Shown here in pieces: positions 1 to 13,039 of a DNA stretch of 64,000 bases. Where the stretch lies: positions 13,454,001-13,518,000 of the forward strand of contig OZ059897.1 of the NCBI GenBank assembly GCA_964057225.1, written 5' to 3'. Both the position numbers and the translations under genes were made by a program. This DNA is from Auanema rhodensis. Lineage: Eukaryota; Animalia; Nematoda. Under the pieces are notes generated by a model. The model ran no database searches, was not told the origin of the DNA, and saw only the letters and a list, made by a program, of their open reading frames with translations. Every line of letters starts with the position of its first letter. Position 1 is the stretch's first letter.

Positions 1-54
1 TTCCTTCTAATAACTTAGAAACAAATTTGTATTATCTCAAGATACTTATTCATA

Positions 55-1060
55 ATGTCTGCTAAAACGATGTTCACTCTTCTCTCATTGATTTCCATTT
101 ACGGAACTGTTCAGGTATGTTAAATATTTTAATGAAAAGTTCATAAATAATAAGAATATATCTTATCATGATGATTAAATAAACCTTCCGGCTAACTTGC
201 CACTTATTTCTAATCTTATCTTTTCAGGCTGTCTATCAATTGAACATGTTTTTTCAACCAGCTGTTCTTGCTAACAATCAAGTTATTGAAAGTTGCACTC
301 AATACATTGACTCTGATCTCAATGATGATTACCTCACTAATTGTCTTTTGATTGACGAATTGCCTCAATGGAAACCAAGTCAACTGTCAAACACTAATAA
401 GTGGAACGTGGATAAAATTAATATTAATCAAATCACTTATACTCTTCGTTATCGCATTCAGTGCCACTCGTACGTTTCTTATTTATTATTTCGTTTTTCT
501 TTATCTTAGTTACCTTATTCTTTACTTACTTATTTATTTTTCAGTGATTTCTACGGAGACTCTTGCGAACGCTTCTGCAAAGCATCTAGTGACCCCATCC
601 TTGGGTTCTACACTTGCTCGTCAGAAGGAGAAAAAATCTGTCAATCAGGTTATCAGGGATCAAGCTGCACTGAGAAAGTACTCCAGACTGCTCCAATTAC
701 TTCGATCATCAACGAACAAAATACATCTATCAAAATGCCAATCATCATCAATTACTCTCTTGGTAAGTTATTACAATAATTGAGACCTTTTCTTATAAAC
801 GTGTTTTAGGTATGTCATTCGTACTGTTCATTGTCTTCTTCGCATTTGCCATCCTTACCTGCCTCATACTCACTGCACTCTACCTTGTCCAGCGACAAAA
901 GAACACCGGTACTCTACCAAAGGCTGCTATCACTACCGTATCTGAAAAGCTCCCATGTCATTACGAGGAGTGTAGCCCACGATACTGCTCCAACCCTACC
1001 AATGTTGAATCTGACTATGCTGAAATCTGCTTCTCTACTGGAGATAAGTTTTTGGTTTAA
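55..1060 (+). CDS. Transmembrane DSL (Delta/Serrate/LAG-2) Notch ligand, 4 exons (55-114, 228-469, 545-762, 810-1060)
   Basis: Signal peptide MSAKTMFTLLSLISIYGTVQA. Splicing 469->545 gives a DSL domain YRIQCHSDFYGDSCERFCKASSDPILGFYTCSSEGEKICQSGYQGSSC with the 6-Cys spacing. Then a TM segment (FVLFIVFFAFAILTCLILTALYLV) and a cytoplasmic tail ending KFLV. All introns are GT-AG and phase-consistent. Which paralog (lag-2/apx-1/arg-1) cannot be assigned. Confidence 0.9.
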
Positions 1061-1790
1061 CCAAATTTCGTGTAATATTGTAAATGTTAGGGTTTTTCAC
1101 TTTGATTCTAGTCAGCCTGTATTCTTCTTTAATATTATGTACATGTTTGCTATGTGTTTTATATGATTTTGAACTAAATTATACTATACTCTAATAATAT
1201 AATAAATTTTATGAAAACTATATTAACTGAAGTTTAAATGAAAACGGTTTTTTAGATCACATTTTCCATCTCCCTTACTTTCCTATAAAGTTCTGAAGAG
1301 CGACTAAACAATAAATTGGATAAATGATATATTATTTATGTTGTAAACAATTATCTAGTATTTTCAAGTACTTGTCCTTTATGCTAATTCAAATTTTTTT
1401 GAATTCGAACTATTGAACATTATTTTAGAATAATAGAGAGACTTGATCGGTTGTGCAGCATAAATTAGTAGAAAAAATTATTTAACAATTTATTTTTTTA
1501 GTTTAAAGCTACTTAAGTGGCTCACTGTATATCTGTAACCGTAAAAATTTCGAAAATGTACAATGTAAATTATTAATAAAGTATACGTTTTGTTTCACAT
1601 CACATGTCGATCTCGGAGCAATTGTAAAATTAGGACTAGGTTGGAATATGATTAAGCTATCGTATAGAATATGAAGGAATGAAGAAATAGTGTACAGAGA
1701 ACTAAACTGATAATTGTGCATAACATGGAATGTGCTTCAATATTCTCTCTATTTCCTAAATGAACAAGTTATGTATGTTGATCAGATCAG

Positions 1791-4700
1791 TTACTCTACT
1801 AACCCATGGTGCTGAAGATTACAGACTTGGTCTATCGTCTTAAGAATTCCAGATGAATTATTGTTGCTGTTGTTGCTGGGAATAGTATGCCCAGGTAGAT
1901 TGCTGGATATGTTGTTGGACAGATTGTTCACTGCACACATAACGTCGTCGTTTTGCTCGGCCATCCTGCGGAGTCTGAAACGAATGAAGGATAAGCCGGT
2001 TCCTTGATAAAAAAAATTAACAGAATCAGTATACTAGACAAACAACACCTACAACAAGCACACCGTAAAACCGAAAACATTATATATTCACTAATGCACA
2101 ACATTGCTTACCAAATAATGTGATGATTCTATACCAGTCGAATAACAACTGGGAAAAAGATGTAAGTATAAGACGCGACATGATACCGATTATTTTTGAT
2201 TTGTTTAAACAGTCACAGAGATAATAGTTCGTAAATCAACTTACTTTAATCTGCTTTCTTTCATAAACTTTTGAATTTTACGAGCTGCAGCCTGTCGCTT
2301 TCGATGACCCCGGTAAGCGGCTTGTATAGTAGCAGCAGCTTTATGTTCACGAGATAGAGAAGAACTATTCTGTGGAACCTGAATCATTAGCATATTATTG
2401 TAAATAATATGTAATAGTTTACCTGGATTCTTAGAATTTGACCCTCTAAAGTCGGATGTTCTTGAACTTCATTGTCATGGGAAGTCTGAGATTCTTTTTG
2501 ATTTACCTTAAACACATATTTTCAATTATGACAGTTGAAATGACAGTAAGAGTAAATAAATGACATGAAGAAAAACAATTTTTTCACCTTTTTCATCCGG
2601 AAATGCTTCTGAACAACGATGGCAGCACTGTGAAGCTTTTTGAAATAACAAAACTGAAATAAAATTTTGAAGCAACGTACATGTGAAATCCGAAGATTTA
2701 GATGAGTAAATAGAGTACCTGCTTATATCGACGATAGCAGCACTGAATCGTGACAGCAGCACGGCGTTCAACATCCGCTTGACGTCGGTTGATATTCCGT
2801 TCTCGATATTCACGGTAGGCCCGTTGAATTACCATAGCTGCTTCATAAACCTCTCTCTGTTCTCCGTCTATAAGAAAACTGGAGTAAGAAAAAATGCTTA
2901 CAATTATCAGGTGTTTGAAGCAGTCGAATGGTCTAATAAATAAAATCTCGTGAAATTCTAGGATTTTGAAAGAAAAGAAAAAAACATATTTGTTTCTTAT
3001 AGAAGGGCATTGAGAACTATTACATTAATGACATAAACAAAATAAGTCGTATAGACAGTACCCTGTAAGAGAACTCCTCGGAATAACTGCTCATCAAAGG
3101 AATCTAGAGGTGAGTCTAGAGGAGATGAAGATCTTAAATTGCAAGCCACCATCTTGCCTGAGAACAATAACCTCGAGCTGGATAATGTCCGGAAGGTTGA
3201 GTCGGTGGAGACACGACTGTGATGGTGCACAGGACTTCGAGGAGAAATAAGAGTAACAACCGAAAGAAAATTCTTCTCGGTTTCGAGTGGTGGTAGAGAC
3301 AACACACACACAGTGTGAATCTAGGGTTACGCACTGATCAGCGATCTGCCGAGAGAACAGGCGGCCCCCGGAGAGCACTGCATGGTTATGACGTCAGCAA
3401 CAGGCCGACGCTTCTCAATCAAAGACATTCCCGCTTTGAATACTTTTGAACGGGAAGAAAGAGAAGAGTTGAGAGAGTAGAAGAGGAATATATGCCAACT
3501 GTTCGTCCAAGTCCAATACAAAAGTTCTTATGTCAGCAGGAGGACACAGAAGAACAAGCCCAAACCAGGGACAATTGCCAGTTCAATTCTCAGTAATGGG
3601 TATCATAGTCATTATGCAAGTTTAAAGCTCGCGAGGTCATTGGTAAGCTAAGAAAAAATACATTCCACAGGTGTTCCTGCAGATGAGATAGATATCAGGA
3701 AAAGCCAACGACATGAGCTCACGTCAATACTTGTTCGAAGTAGCAAACTAGACATTCGGGATATCACTTATATCTATGTTTAGCCTGTAATATATACTAG
3801 GATATAAGTACTTGACTTGTTTCAAGCTTCTCCATCATTTGTCAAAATATCATTACAGTTAAATTAATAATAACTAATATTGATGTTGGCTTCAGATTAC
3901 GCTACAGAAATCATAAACACGTCACGCCCACAGTCAGGTACGTGAGCACCAATTCTCATGTGGCTTTTGCAAAACTCCCGGAAACTGCTACAACAGTTTA
4001 CAAGATCAGTTGCAGCTCTTGCGCAGACATCATTACTTATCATAGTTTAATAGTCTTCAGGCGTCAGATGATTAGATGAATTGCATAGCAGTTGCACTTC
4101 TATTAAAACATCCAATGTCAACAAAATGTTGCTCACTCTAAGTAATGCCTTACATCTAAGCAGAAACAGTGGTCCTTTGCTTCCTGAGTAGCAGACAATG
4201 CGGCAAATATAACGTTGCTTGAACAGCAGTAATCAACCACTCTTACGGCGATGAGTGGTTTGTCGTAAAAATAGCAAGGAAGAAGAAGTATTGTTCAACT
4301 CCTCTCTTCCTACCTCTTTTTGCGGGGGAGAAAAGCGATACTTACCAGAGAGCTTTAGATCACCAAGACGCTGCTGAATAGGGTCCACTTCTCCATCAAC
4401 ATTTATGTTAAAAAATTCACCCAAATCTCTTTAAATATAACGATTTTTATATTTTAAACAAAAATAAACATACTTATCGAAATCGAAACTACTGCCTTCA
4501 TATGTGTTCGTTCGAGATGATCCAAGCGAGTCTGGATGAGGTCGAAGATGCTGACCAAGAGAAGACGAAGTTGACGGTATCTCACCTACGGATGACACTA
4601 CTTCAGAATCTGATGACAATCTGGAATAAAAAAAAGTTGTTTCAACGGAACGCATAAAGCAAATAGGTTCTAGGAAGAATCGGTTTAAATCAGAACACTT

Positions 4701-7700
4701 ACGCGAAGGAAGGACTGTTCTGAGACCATAGGTCATATGCTGGATCTGTTCCAAGCATTCGAGATAAGTCGTCTGGGTAGGAAAAAGCTGCTCCTGGAGG
4801 TTCGCTAGCAAGAATTTCAACGTCCATCAGTGACGTTTGATCATTCTGCAAATAATTACATCTTTTCTGTGCATGATATCACTACTTACTTTAATCCGGT
4901 CAGGAAGGGCGTCAATAATCTGTTTGGCAAGATTAGCCATTTTTTGTCGAGCATTGTCGTTGACAAGCACACCAGGACTAAATATGATATCATAATAATG
5001 CTTATCAGCTGCTGCTAATAACCTTGTGACTTCTTGGAACAGATCTGCCATTTTCGGCGAATCAGGAACATGAACATCAGTATCCATAGAAATTTCCACA
5101 TGCAATGGAGGATTTTTATTTGATGTAATCTATAAAACAATTTGAACTGTATTTACATTTATAACTAACTCCATTAACACTATTACGATCACCATCATGA
5201 TGCATATCGCTTGTAGTTGAGTTAGAATCCTGAATATGAAAAAAAATTATAACTAAGAAAAAATTAACTGACTTCATTTCTAGTTCTGCGTTCTCTTAAT
5301 AGATGCTCGTCAGTTACAGTTTCCCCATTCGTCATGACCCATAATGCTGTAGATGAAGCATTTTCGACAGGTGCTGGAAAAATTATATTTTGTCAGATTT
5401 TTACATCAATCTCACATAAGCTGTTCATTATATCCTGATCATTAGGCAAAGTGAGTAAAGAAATTATTAACTCATTTGAAGCCAACTCGCATGGTGTACG
5501 ACCTCGATCGTCCAAAGTATAAACTGCTTGTGTGCATGATTCAGATAATACTCTAAACATTTATGTATTTTACTAAAGCAAATAATAAGTAAATATATAC
5601 TTGCAAGATGCCAAATGGCCATTTGAAGCAGCAATGTGTAAAGGTGTTTTTCCTTCGGAATCCCGAGCTAATGGATCTAGCTCACGTACATGAGGCAAGT
5701 TTCCCCTATACATGAATAATTATTTTAGAAAACCTTAAGCAATATACCTCCAATTTAGAAGAAACATTATTAAATTTGAATAATCTAGAGCAGCACACAA
5801 GTGTAAAACAGTTCTTGAAGGTAACGATGAGTGGGAAGATAATACAGAAGGATGAATCAGTTGATTTTGAAAAGAATTCAAAAATGAAATAAAGCTTTCT
5901 TCGCTAGATGGCACCGACGACAAGCTCTACAAATAAAACTATTTAAAAAGAAATATGGGAATAAGTTGCCTTAATATCTGTCGGAACGGCAAATGCAATT
6001 GCCAATAAATTAACACGGTCAACTATACTTTGCAACAATCCTTCTCGCTCAGCATCTTCATATAAAAATTTTGCGGATTGAGAGATAGGAAATTCATTGC
6101 AAAAGACACGAAGAGGAACTAGTCCGGGTTTTGATGCTAAAAATAATATTATTAAAGAATTCCAGCTTGAATAATGCTGACCTGATGGTATCCGAAGAGC
6201 TAAAACTCCAGGTCTAATGAGCTTAGCAGCGACTGTTTTTTCACCGAAAAGCACAGAATATTCATGACCTTTGAGATACCAATCTCCAATAATCAAAACT
6301 TTCGATCCTCCCTGCAATAATAAGGATGATTTGATTAAATATATTGTAAAAACCACCTTCAAGTTGGACGAAGAAGGGGCTATTTCTAATATATCTATAC
6401 AATTTTTATCATTATAAGTTTCTTGCACATAAGAGGTATGAGAGGTTGGTCCAACTGAGCATGCAGAGAGGGAATTAGGTTGATTAAGAGACTAAAAGTA
6501 TATTTTGAAGATAATGACCAATATTGATTTAAAACCATATCATCATCTTGATTACTACTCCGTTGAGTTTCTCCAGAATGTGAACGATTATCAGGCGGAT
6601 TATACATCCGATTATTTCCATCTATTCCACAGTTGTTTACAACAACTCCTAACAATAGAAATATAAATAATATGTATCTACAAAAAATTAAATACCTATG
6701 TAATTTGCATCAACTGAATCGGAAAATGTGGAAGGTTGCCGTCGTAAGGCAACGGAAGAAAGACCTCGACGAAAAGCTGAGCTGCATGAATTTCGTCGTT
6801 CAAGAGTCGCTGTATGGGACGTATGTACCTTAACATTTTTTAAACGTTAGTATCCAGTCAAAATGAATACCTGGTCCTGTCGATTATCTAAAATAGCACA
6901 AACAGTTTCACAAAGTATATTTATCAGATTTTGATCAAGGATACCGGTAACTAAAAGTATTCAGCATAATTAATTAAAATTTTTTATTAACTTACATATT
7001 GAGCATAAATGGGCTTCGAGATGATTACGAGAGATCGTAATATTATTACTTCTCATCGTACTCGCGATTTTTTCCGCTGTTCGAGGAATGTCATTGAAAT
7101 CTTCATCCGAAACATTGAGGTAATGAACAAGAACATACAGAGGATCCTTTAATAAAATTAAAATAAATTCATACTCGAAAATAGTAGTAGTATATTCATG
7201 TGAATGTAAAGAGAATTAATTGTTATAATAAATTAAAGAAAGAATTAAAACATACGTTAGTTAGCCAATAAACTCTACGATGAAATGTTGGAACGATAGC
7301 AGAGTGGGCATAGTTAGCCGATATTACTTCTTGCTTGTTAACCTGGATATAAAAATACAATTGAAAACGAATAAAATATTTTAAAACACCTTTAGCTTCA
7401 TGTGATCTTCTCTTACTATTCTACCTTCTCTTCGTTTTTTCCACTCATATTTATCGGCTTTGAACCACATGCCATCATATCTTGGAAATATTTGTTGTGT
7501 GCTAAATGTGAATGTAAGCCATAATTAATTTAATATATGAATCAAACCCTGTTCTGGGAAGCTGATATACTTGATGCGAAACCCACTCAGAATGATGATG
7601 AGCAGTGCATAATATTCGAGCAACTTCCTGCAAGTGAATAGTTATAACTTCGACTAATTAGGAAACAAAACTTACGGAGTTTGTATTCCATTTCAAGTTA

Positions 7701-7771
7701 ATAGGCATAAAACAGTCTTCTGTCCGTGGACCCAAATGATTATGAGTCAATGGGTTATTAGTTGAAATCAT
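1791..7771 (-). CDS. camt-1: Calmodulin-binding transcription activator (CAMTA), multi-exon
   Basis: CG-1 domain (WNTNSEVARIL...FKADKYEWKKRREGRIVREDHMKLK...AHSAIVPTFHRRVYWL...VLVHYLNV, ~7100-7700). IPT/TIG domain (GGSKVLIIGDW...FGEKTV...PGVL, ~6060-6400). Ankyrin repeats (RTVLHLCAALDY; GKTPLHIAASNGH). IQ region (LKLSDGEQREVYEAAMVIQRAYR...AAVTIQCCYRRYKQ; AAATIQAAYRG). Stop at 1791-1793. The start ATG (7771) is the least certain part. Confidence 0.95.
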
Positions 7772-10681
7772 ATTCACGATATCATAGTCAATTCTGTAAA
7801 AATAAATGTTCCTATATTAACTGAACTGCTAAAGCACAATTCTTATAGAGATGATAGAAAAAATAAATTATTGCCGCTTATCAACGTCATAAAATCCAAA
7901 AAAATTTAACAAATAAGTTATTAAATTTATTATTCCAAAGTATCAAATGTAAAGCAATGAAACAAACGAGTACAGCTCGAACGAAACAACGCGAAAAGCT
8001 CAAAAGCCGAGAAGGCTGTTTTGCCAGCGGCAACGAATCGAACCATATGTTGGCAAGTGGCGAAATGATATCCACGAGAAACTGCGACCAATCTTTTGCA
8101 TATTAAAATAATAAGCTTAGGCAACAAAATCTAACAAAGATTAGATTATTATGGTTTTCTTTGGTTAATATTGGTTCAGGAAAATCGACTGTTTTCCGCT
8201 TATTTGAACTTAATGGCTTATATACGTAAAATCGATAATTCTATAAGCTTTTCACGTGATGCTTATTGGTGTGGATGGAGAATGCGAGCTTTTATTTTAT
8301 TTTAAAATTTAATGAAATATATTGCGAAAATTAAACAAAAGATAGTTTTCTAGATGGAAAAAAAATTAAAACGTATTAAATCCAATTGTGCCTACTGGAT
8401 TTGCTTCTATTTTTTTGCCATTCTTGTTATAAACTTGATTATGCTCTAACGATTTTCACTTTCAAATTGAAAAAAAATAGGTCAAAAGCTTAGAATCGAA
8501 TGTTTTCTCACCTTAGTTTATGAAAAAGTGTTACTTTTAAAGAAATATTAGTAAGATAAGATAAATTATGGTAAAATGTGAGAATCATTAATTATTATTC
8601 ATTCAAGAAATATTTGATCCTCATAACATCGTTTGGATATAGTTTGTGAAAATGAGCAAGTAATGCATGATATTTTAAAGAAATTCTTTCATTTACTTAT
8701 ACATATGTATATTACAAATACACTTATATATATAATATATTTATTTATGTGTATAATATATATGCCATATTCAATTTTGCTCAAAGCACTATAAGAAAAT
8801 ATCTTGTTTTCTCAATCGAAATTTTCCTCTGTTTTCTTTTTTTAGACAATTAACGAAAAACTTGCGATATACTTCATATTTGCAAGATGTTTAAAAAATT
8901 GTTGAAATATTATTACTGCTATTAATAGTACTACAGTACATTCAGTGTGGAAGAACATTGATAGCAAATGAACTTAAGTAACATAATTATATTTATCAAA
9001 CTTTAAAAAAAAGTGAGAACTACAATGGATTTTTCATATATTAAATTTTGTAATTTTGTATTCTTATAATAGTAATTAATCATAGAATAAGTGACATTAA
9101 GTTTTTTTTCAAAAGAAATAAAAAAATATTTACACCGGGGGTTTCAAAAAACTGGGAATGTAAAACAGATCTTCGAGTTCGAAATAAAAATTTATATTTA
9201 AAATTATAATAAATATATTTAAGAGATATTGTGATAATAAAACGTCCAAGAAGGTTTATTTAAGAAATGCCAATATTTCACATGAAATATTTAATATTAA
9301 AAGTTAAAAATAATACAAAGTAATATATTCGGTTAAAAATATAAATATTATTATACATTGCCTGTGAATGAATGCAACCATTCTACATGTTTATGAGCCT
9401 AACAATGAACCGAACTAATGTAAATCGCTGGAAAAGTAGAATATGTTACATTTATGCTAATGCTTTCTCGTGTTCATGCAAGTCGATAAATTCAATAACT
9501 TTTGATTGCATATATATTATAATAACTATTTAAATTAAAACTTTTATAATATTTAATTCACTTATACTTATAATCCCCCGACAATTACAACCTGGGACTA
9601 TAATCATATTTCTTAGATATGTTGCGTGGTCGCTATACTGATCTATCCATGTCTTCATCGTTCTATATAAAGATAAAAAGAATAATTATGTAACTATCCA
9701 AAGATATTTGAAAATATCCACATTCTACTGATTGTTTAATTTTGATTGAAAATGTAAAATGATAATCAGAATTGTTACTAATTTTGTAAGTATCTACTTT
9801 TGTTTTGAAAGCCGTTGAATCCGATTTTTTTCCTGGAATTATAATGATGAAGAGATAAGGAGAAGTAACAATAGATGGAGCTGCTGGAACAAGGAGTAAC
9901 AGAGAGGTAAAGAGAGAGGCATGAGAGAGAGTAGAAGAGATGTGGGTCAAGACCGCGGTCCAATATGGGTAATGGGTACACGAATTAAGATGAGATAGCT
10001 ACATGATTAGAGCGGGAGAAATAGAGAAAAATACGAACTTATCTAATATAGAATAACTTTCTTCTTTCTCTTCATCTTTTACTTCTCTCTCTTACCTCTT
10101 ATTATCTTGTTTTCTATCAATTTCTTCTGGATCTCTCTCTATATCTTCATCATTTCTCTCTCTCGTCAGATTTCTATGTCTTCGCTCATAATGTGGTAGT
10201 CAGTCATCGGTCTTCTAGTTTCTTCTCGTTCTTCCGTTTCTTCAGATTCCATCCAACAGACAGTTTCTTATCTCTTCTCCTCCCAAGTTCACCTTCTTTG
10301 CAACTACTTTTTCATTTTTCACTCCCCTCCCTTAACCCATCCATACCTTTTGTTTCTATCACACATCACCTTTTCCATCTCAAGCTTACCTTCATCAAGA
10401 AAGTGATCAAATGCCGTTTCATCTTTCATGTAGTCATATCGGTCCAATAGTATTCCAGAATGGACTCTACCCAATCATCAGTATACATATCTATAAATTC
10501 TATATGTATTGTCTTTATATTATCTGTGATTATATTTTTATTTCTTGTTATTTAAAGTCTTCCTTATTGAAATTTTTATTCATTTATGAGTATGATATTT
10601 GAAAACTCATTTATTAATCTTTAATATATTTTCTATATATATTTTTTTTCATTTTCATAATATTTTCTTAGTTTCAGACCC

Positions 10682-12124
10682 ATGAAGGGGTCAAAAGGAG
10701 AGCTGTCGCCTCCAGATGACGACATTGTTGAGGTAAATTTTAATCAATTCTTAAGATATTAGAACTTCTTTTATTTTCAAAACTGTTATTATTTATTTTT
10801 TAGTCTAGAGAAGATGCTTACAAGGTTTTAATTGGAATTTCATCTTCTTTGTCAGTAATTTCTTTATTGACAATATGTATGATGGTTCCATCAATGTATA
10901 ACTATGTAGATAACATGGCCCAATTTTCTCGGCAAGACTTCGCTTACTGCCAGGTGAGCTTTTTCATTTTTTTCAATTTAATTTGAGTGTTTCGTAGAGT
11001 GCTACTGCGGATATGGAACAACAGATGTCAAATCTCAGAGACCGATTCCACGACGTTGTAAAGAACCGTACAAGCAGATCTGCTTACGGCGCTTACAATC
11101 CAACTATGATGGCTAATGATTCTCCTCTTTTCCAAGAGTGTCCAGGTAAAAATATAAATCAAATGATTTGTACATTGTTTTTTAAGCTTGCTGCATTCCT
11201 GGAGAACGTGGGCCACCAGGAGACTCCGGTCTTCCAGCTCTGGCTGGAGCCCCTGGACCAGATGGTGCCCCAGGACGACCAGGAACCACTCCAAATGCTT
11301 CATGTATTCCTGAGAGAGTTTTTGAGCCACCTCCATGTCTTCCATGTCCACAAGGTCCAAGAGGAGTTCCAGGACACCCTGGTTTCCCAGGAGATCCAGG
11401 AGATTCTGGTATACCAGGACGTCCAGGATCTGATGGTCAACCAGGAAAGCCTGGAGATCCAGGACCACCAGGACCTGCAGGACCACCAGGAGAGCCTGGA
11501 ATACCAGGAGATAAAGTATGTCTTGATCGCATTTTTCAAACTCATTCTTTCATTTAGGGACGCACCCCTGAAGCTCATGTCATTCCTGGACCACCAGGAG
11601 ATTCTGGACCACCAGGACCATGGGGTCCTCCAGGAAACGCTGGAATGCAAGGAGAAGACGGATACCCAGGAACTCCCGGAGAGAAAGGATGGCCAGGACC
11701 ACCTGGAGCCCCTGGACCTATGGGACTTCCAGGACCTGCTGGACCTGCTGGAGAAGAAGGACCTTCTGGTTAGCTGATAACATGACTTTATAGTTGATGT
11801 CTTTCCATTATAGGTACTCCTGGTACATGCGTTTGCCAAGACACTGAAGTTGTAATGGCTGATGTGAATGGAAAGGTTCCAGCACCACGTGATGATATTC
11901 CAACTCCACCAACTTTCGAGGCTGCTCCTGCTCCAGCCCCAGTCACTCAAGGATACGACACAGCAAAGTAAGCTCATCGTAGCAGTAAAAAATTATACTT
12001 ACATATTTTTAGATCTCTTCCTACAATGAATGATCAGTATCAACACGAGACTATCGAAGCTAGTCAAAATGGGTATTACAGCGCCCGGAGGCATCGTAAG
12101 CACAAACGTGTACACCTTCAGTAA
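10682..12124 (+). CDS. dpy-2: Cuticle (furrow) collagen DPY-2
   Basis: N-terminal hydrophobic segment and cuticle-collagen N domain, RTSR processing site, then [79 protein letters not shown] and [12 protein letters not shown]. These closely match C. elegans DPY-2 as I recall it. TTTCAG lies just upstream of the ATG. Confidence 0.93.
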
Positions 12125-13039
12125 AGAAAATTAGCGATTCTTGGTACATATGTTCAAATTCTTTAATAAGTTGTGTCACCTCTTCTTCCAAAGTTTTTAC
12201 TTTGTTTCTCAACCTATAGATCCAATTTTTCAACGAAGAGTTCCATCAACCTTCTCACTTTGAATAGCTCTTTCATGTTGTATCCAAAAAGTTTATAATT
12301 ACTATTTTTCTGTTTTTTTTTGTGTTTTTGATTATAGCTTTTAATAATAATTCTAATAATAATAATCATATTAATAATATTAATAAGTTATTAATAATTT
12401 TATTTTACCAAAATATAAATAACAAAAAAAAAGAAAAATGTGACTGAAAAATAATAAATTTTTATTTCAATTTCAATGTGTTCAATATTAAAGAATAACT
12501 ATTAGACTGTACTTAAAAGCCAATATATTTTTTATAAACTTGAAAAAAGTTTGAAATATTTGATTAGCATATCTATGGATCTATATCATCTGATTACAAC
12601 GTAAATCCGTATCAATTTGATTTTAATATCGTATAGGAAAGACCTACTTTACCCATAGATCCATCATGTACAACCTATTTTTGGTCCGACAAAGCAAAGC
12701 TTTAGCCGTCGTTCGGTTACATCATATAAACCAATCTCTCTGTCTTTTTCTTTAGATTCTTTATCACTATCTTCTTCGTCATCATCGTATTCATTGTCAA
12801 TTCCACATTATCTTCAAATTTCTGAAGTTGTTAGTCAACAAAGTGCGATGACAATGACCGACAATGACGATCTATAAGATGAACATGACATGATGATGAA
12901 CAACATGACGAAATTAAGAAAAGAAGATAATCAATATCAAAGAAATCATTTCAAACAATAAAGTCTAATCTGATTGAATTATCAAAAATCATTCTTTTTC
13001 TCTTGTACCAATATCATACAATCTGTCAAGTTGCAGACT

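Noticed and set aside
2902-2932. 31-nt micro-exon-like segment in the camt-1 intron (ttattag|...|gtaagc)
   Set aside because: Entered in phase 1 from either upstream exon it hits TGA, and I found no phase-0 donor. It could be a poison or UTR exon, but nothing supports that.
8034-8044. GGTTCGATTCG on the minus strand, resembling a tRNA T-loop/B box
   Set aside because: No cloverleaf stems or A box around it
11013-11977. Long alternative-frame and antisense ORFs over dpy-2 (likewise 17326-17969 over dpy-10)
   Set aside because: By-products of GC-rich Gly-X-Y codons; they run through introns
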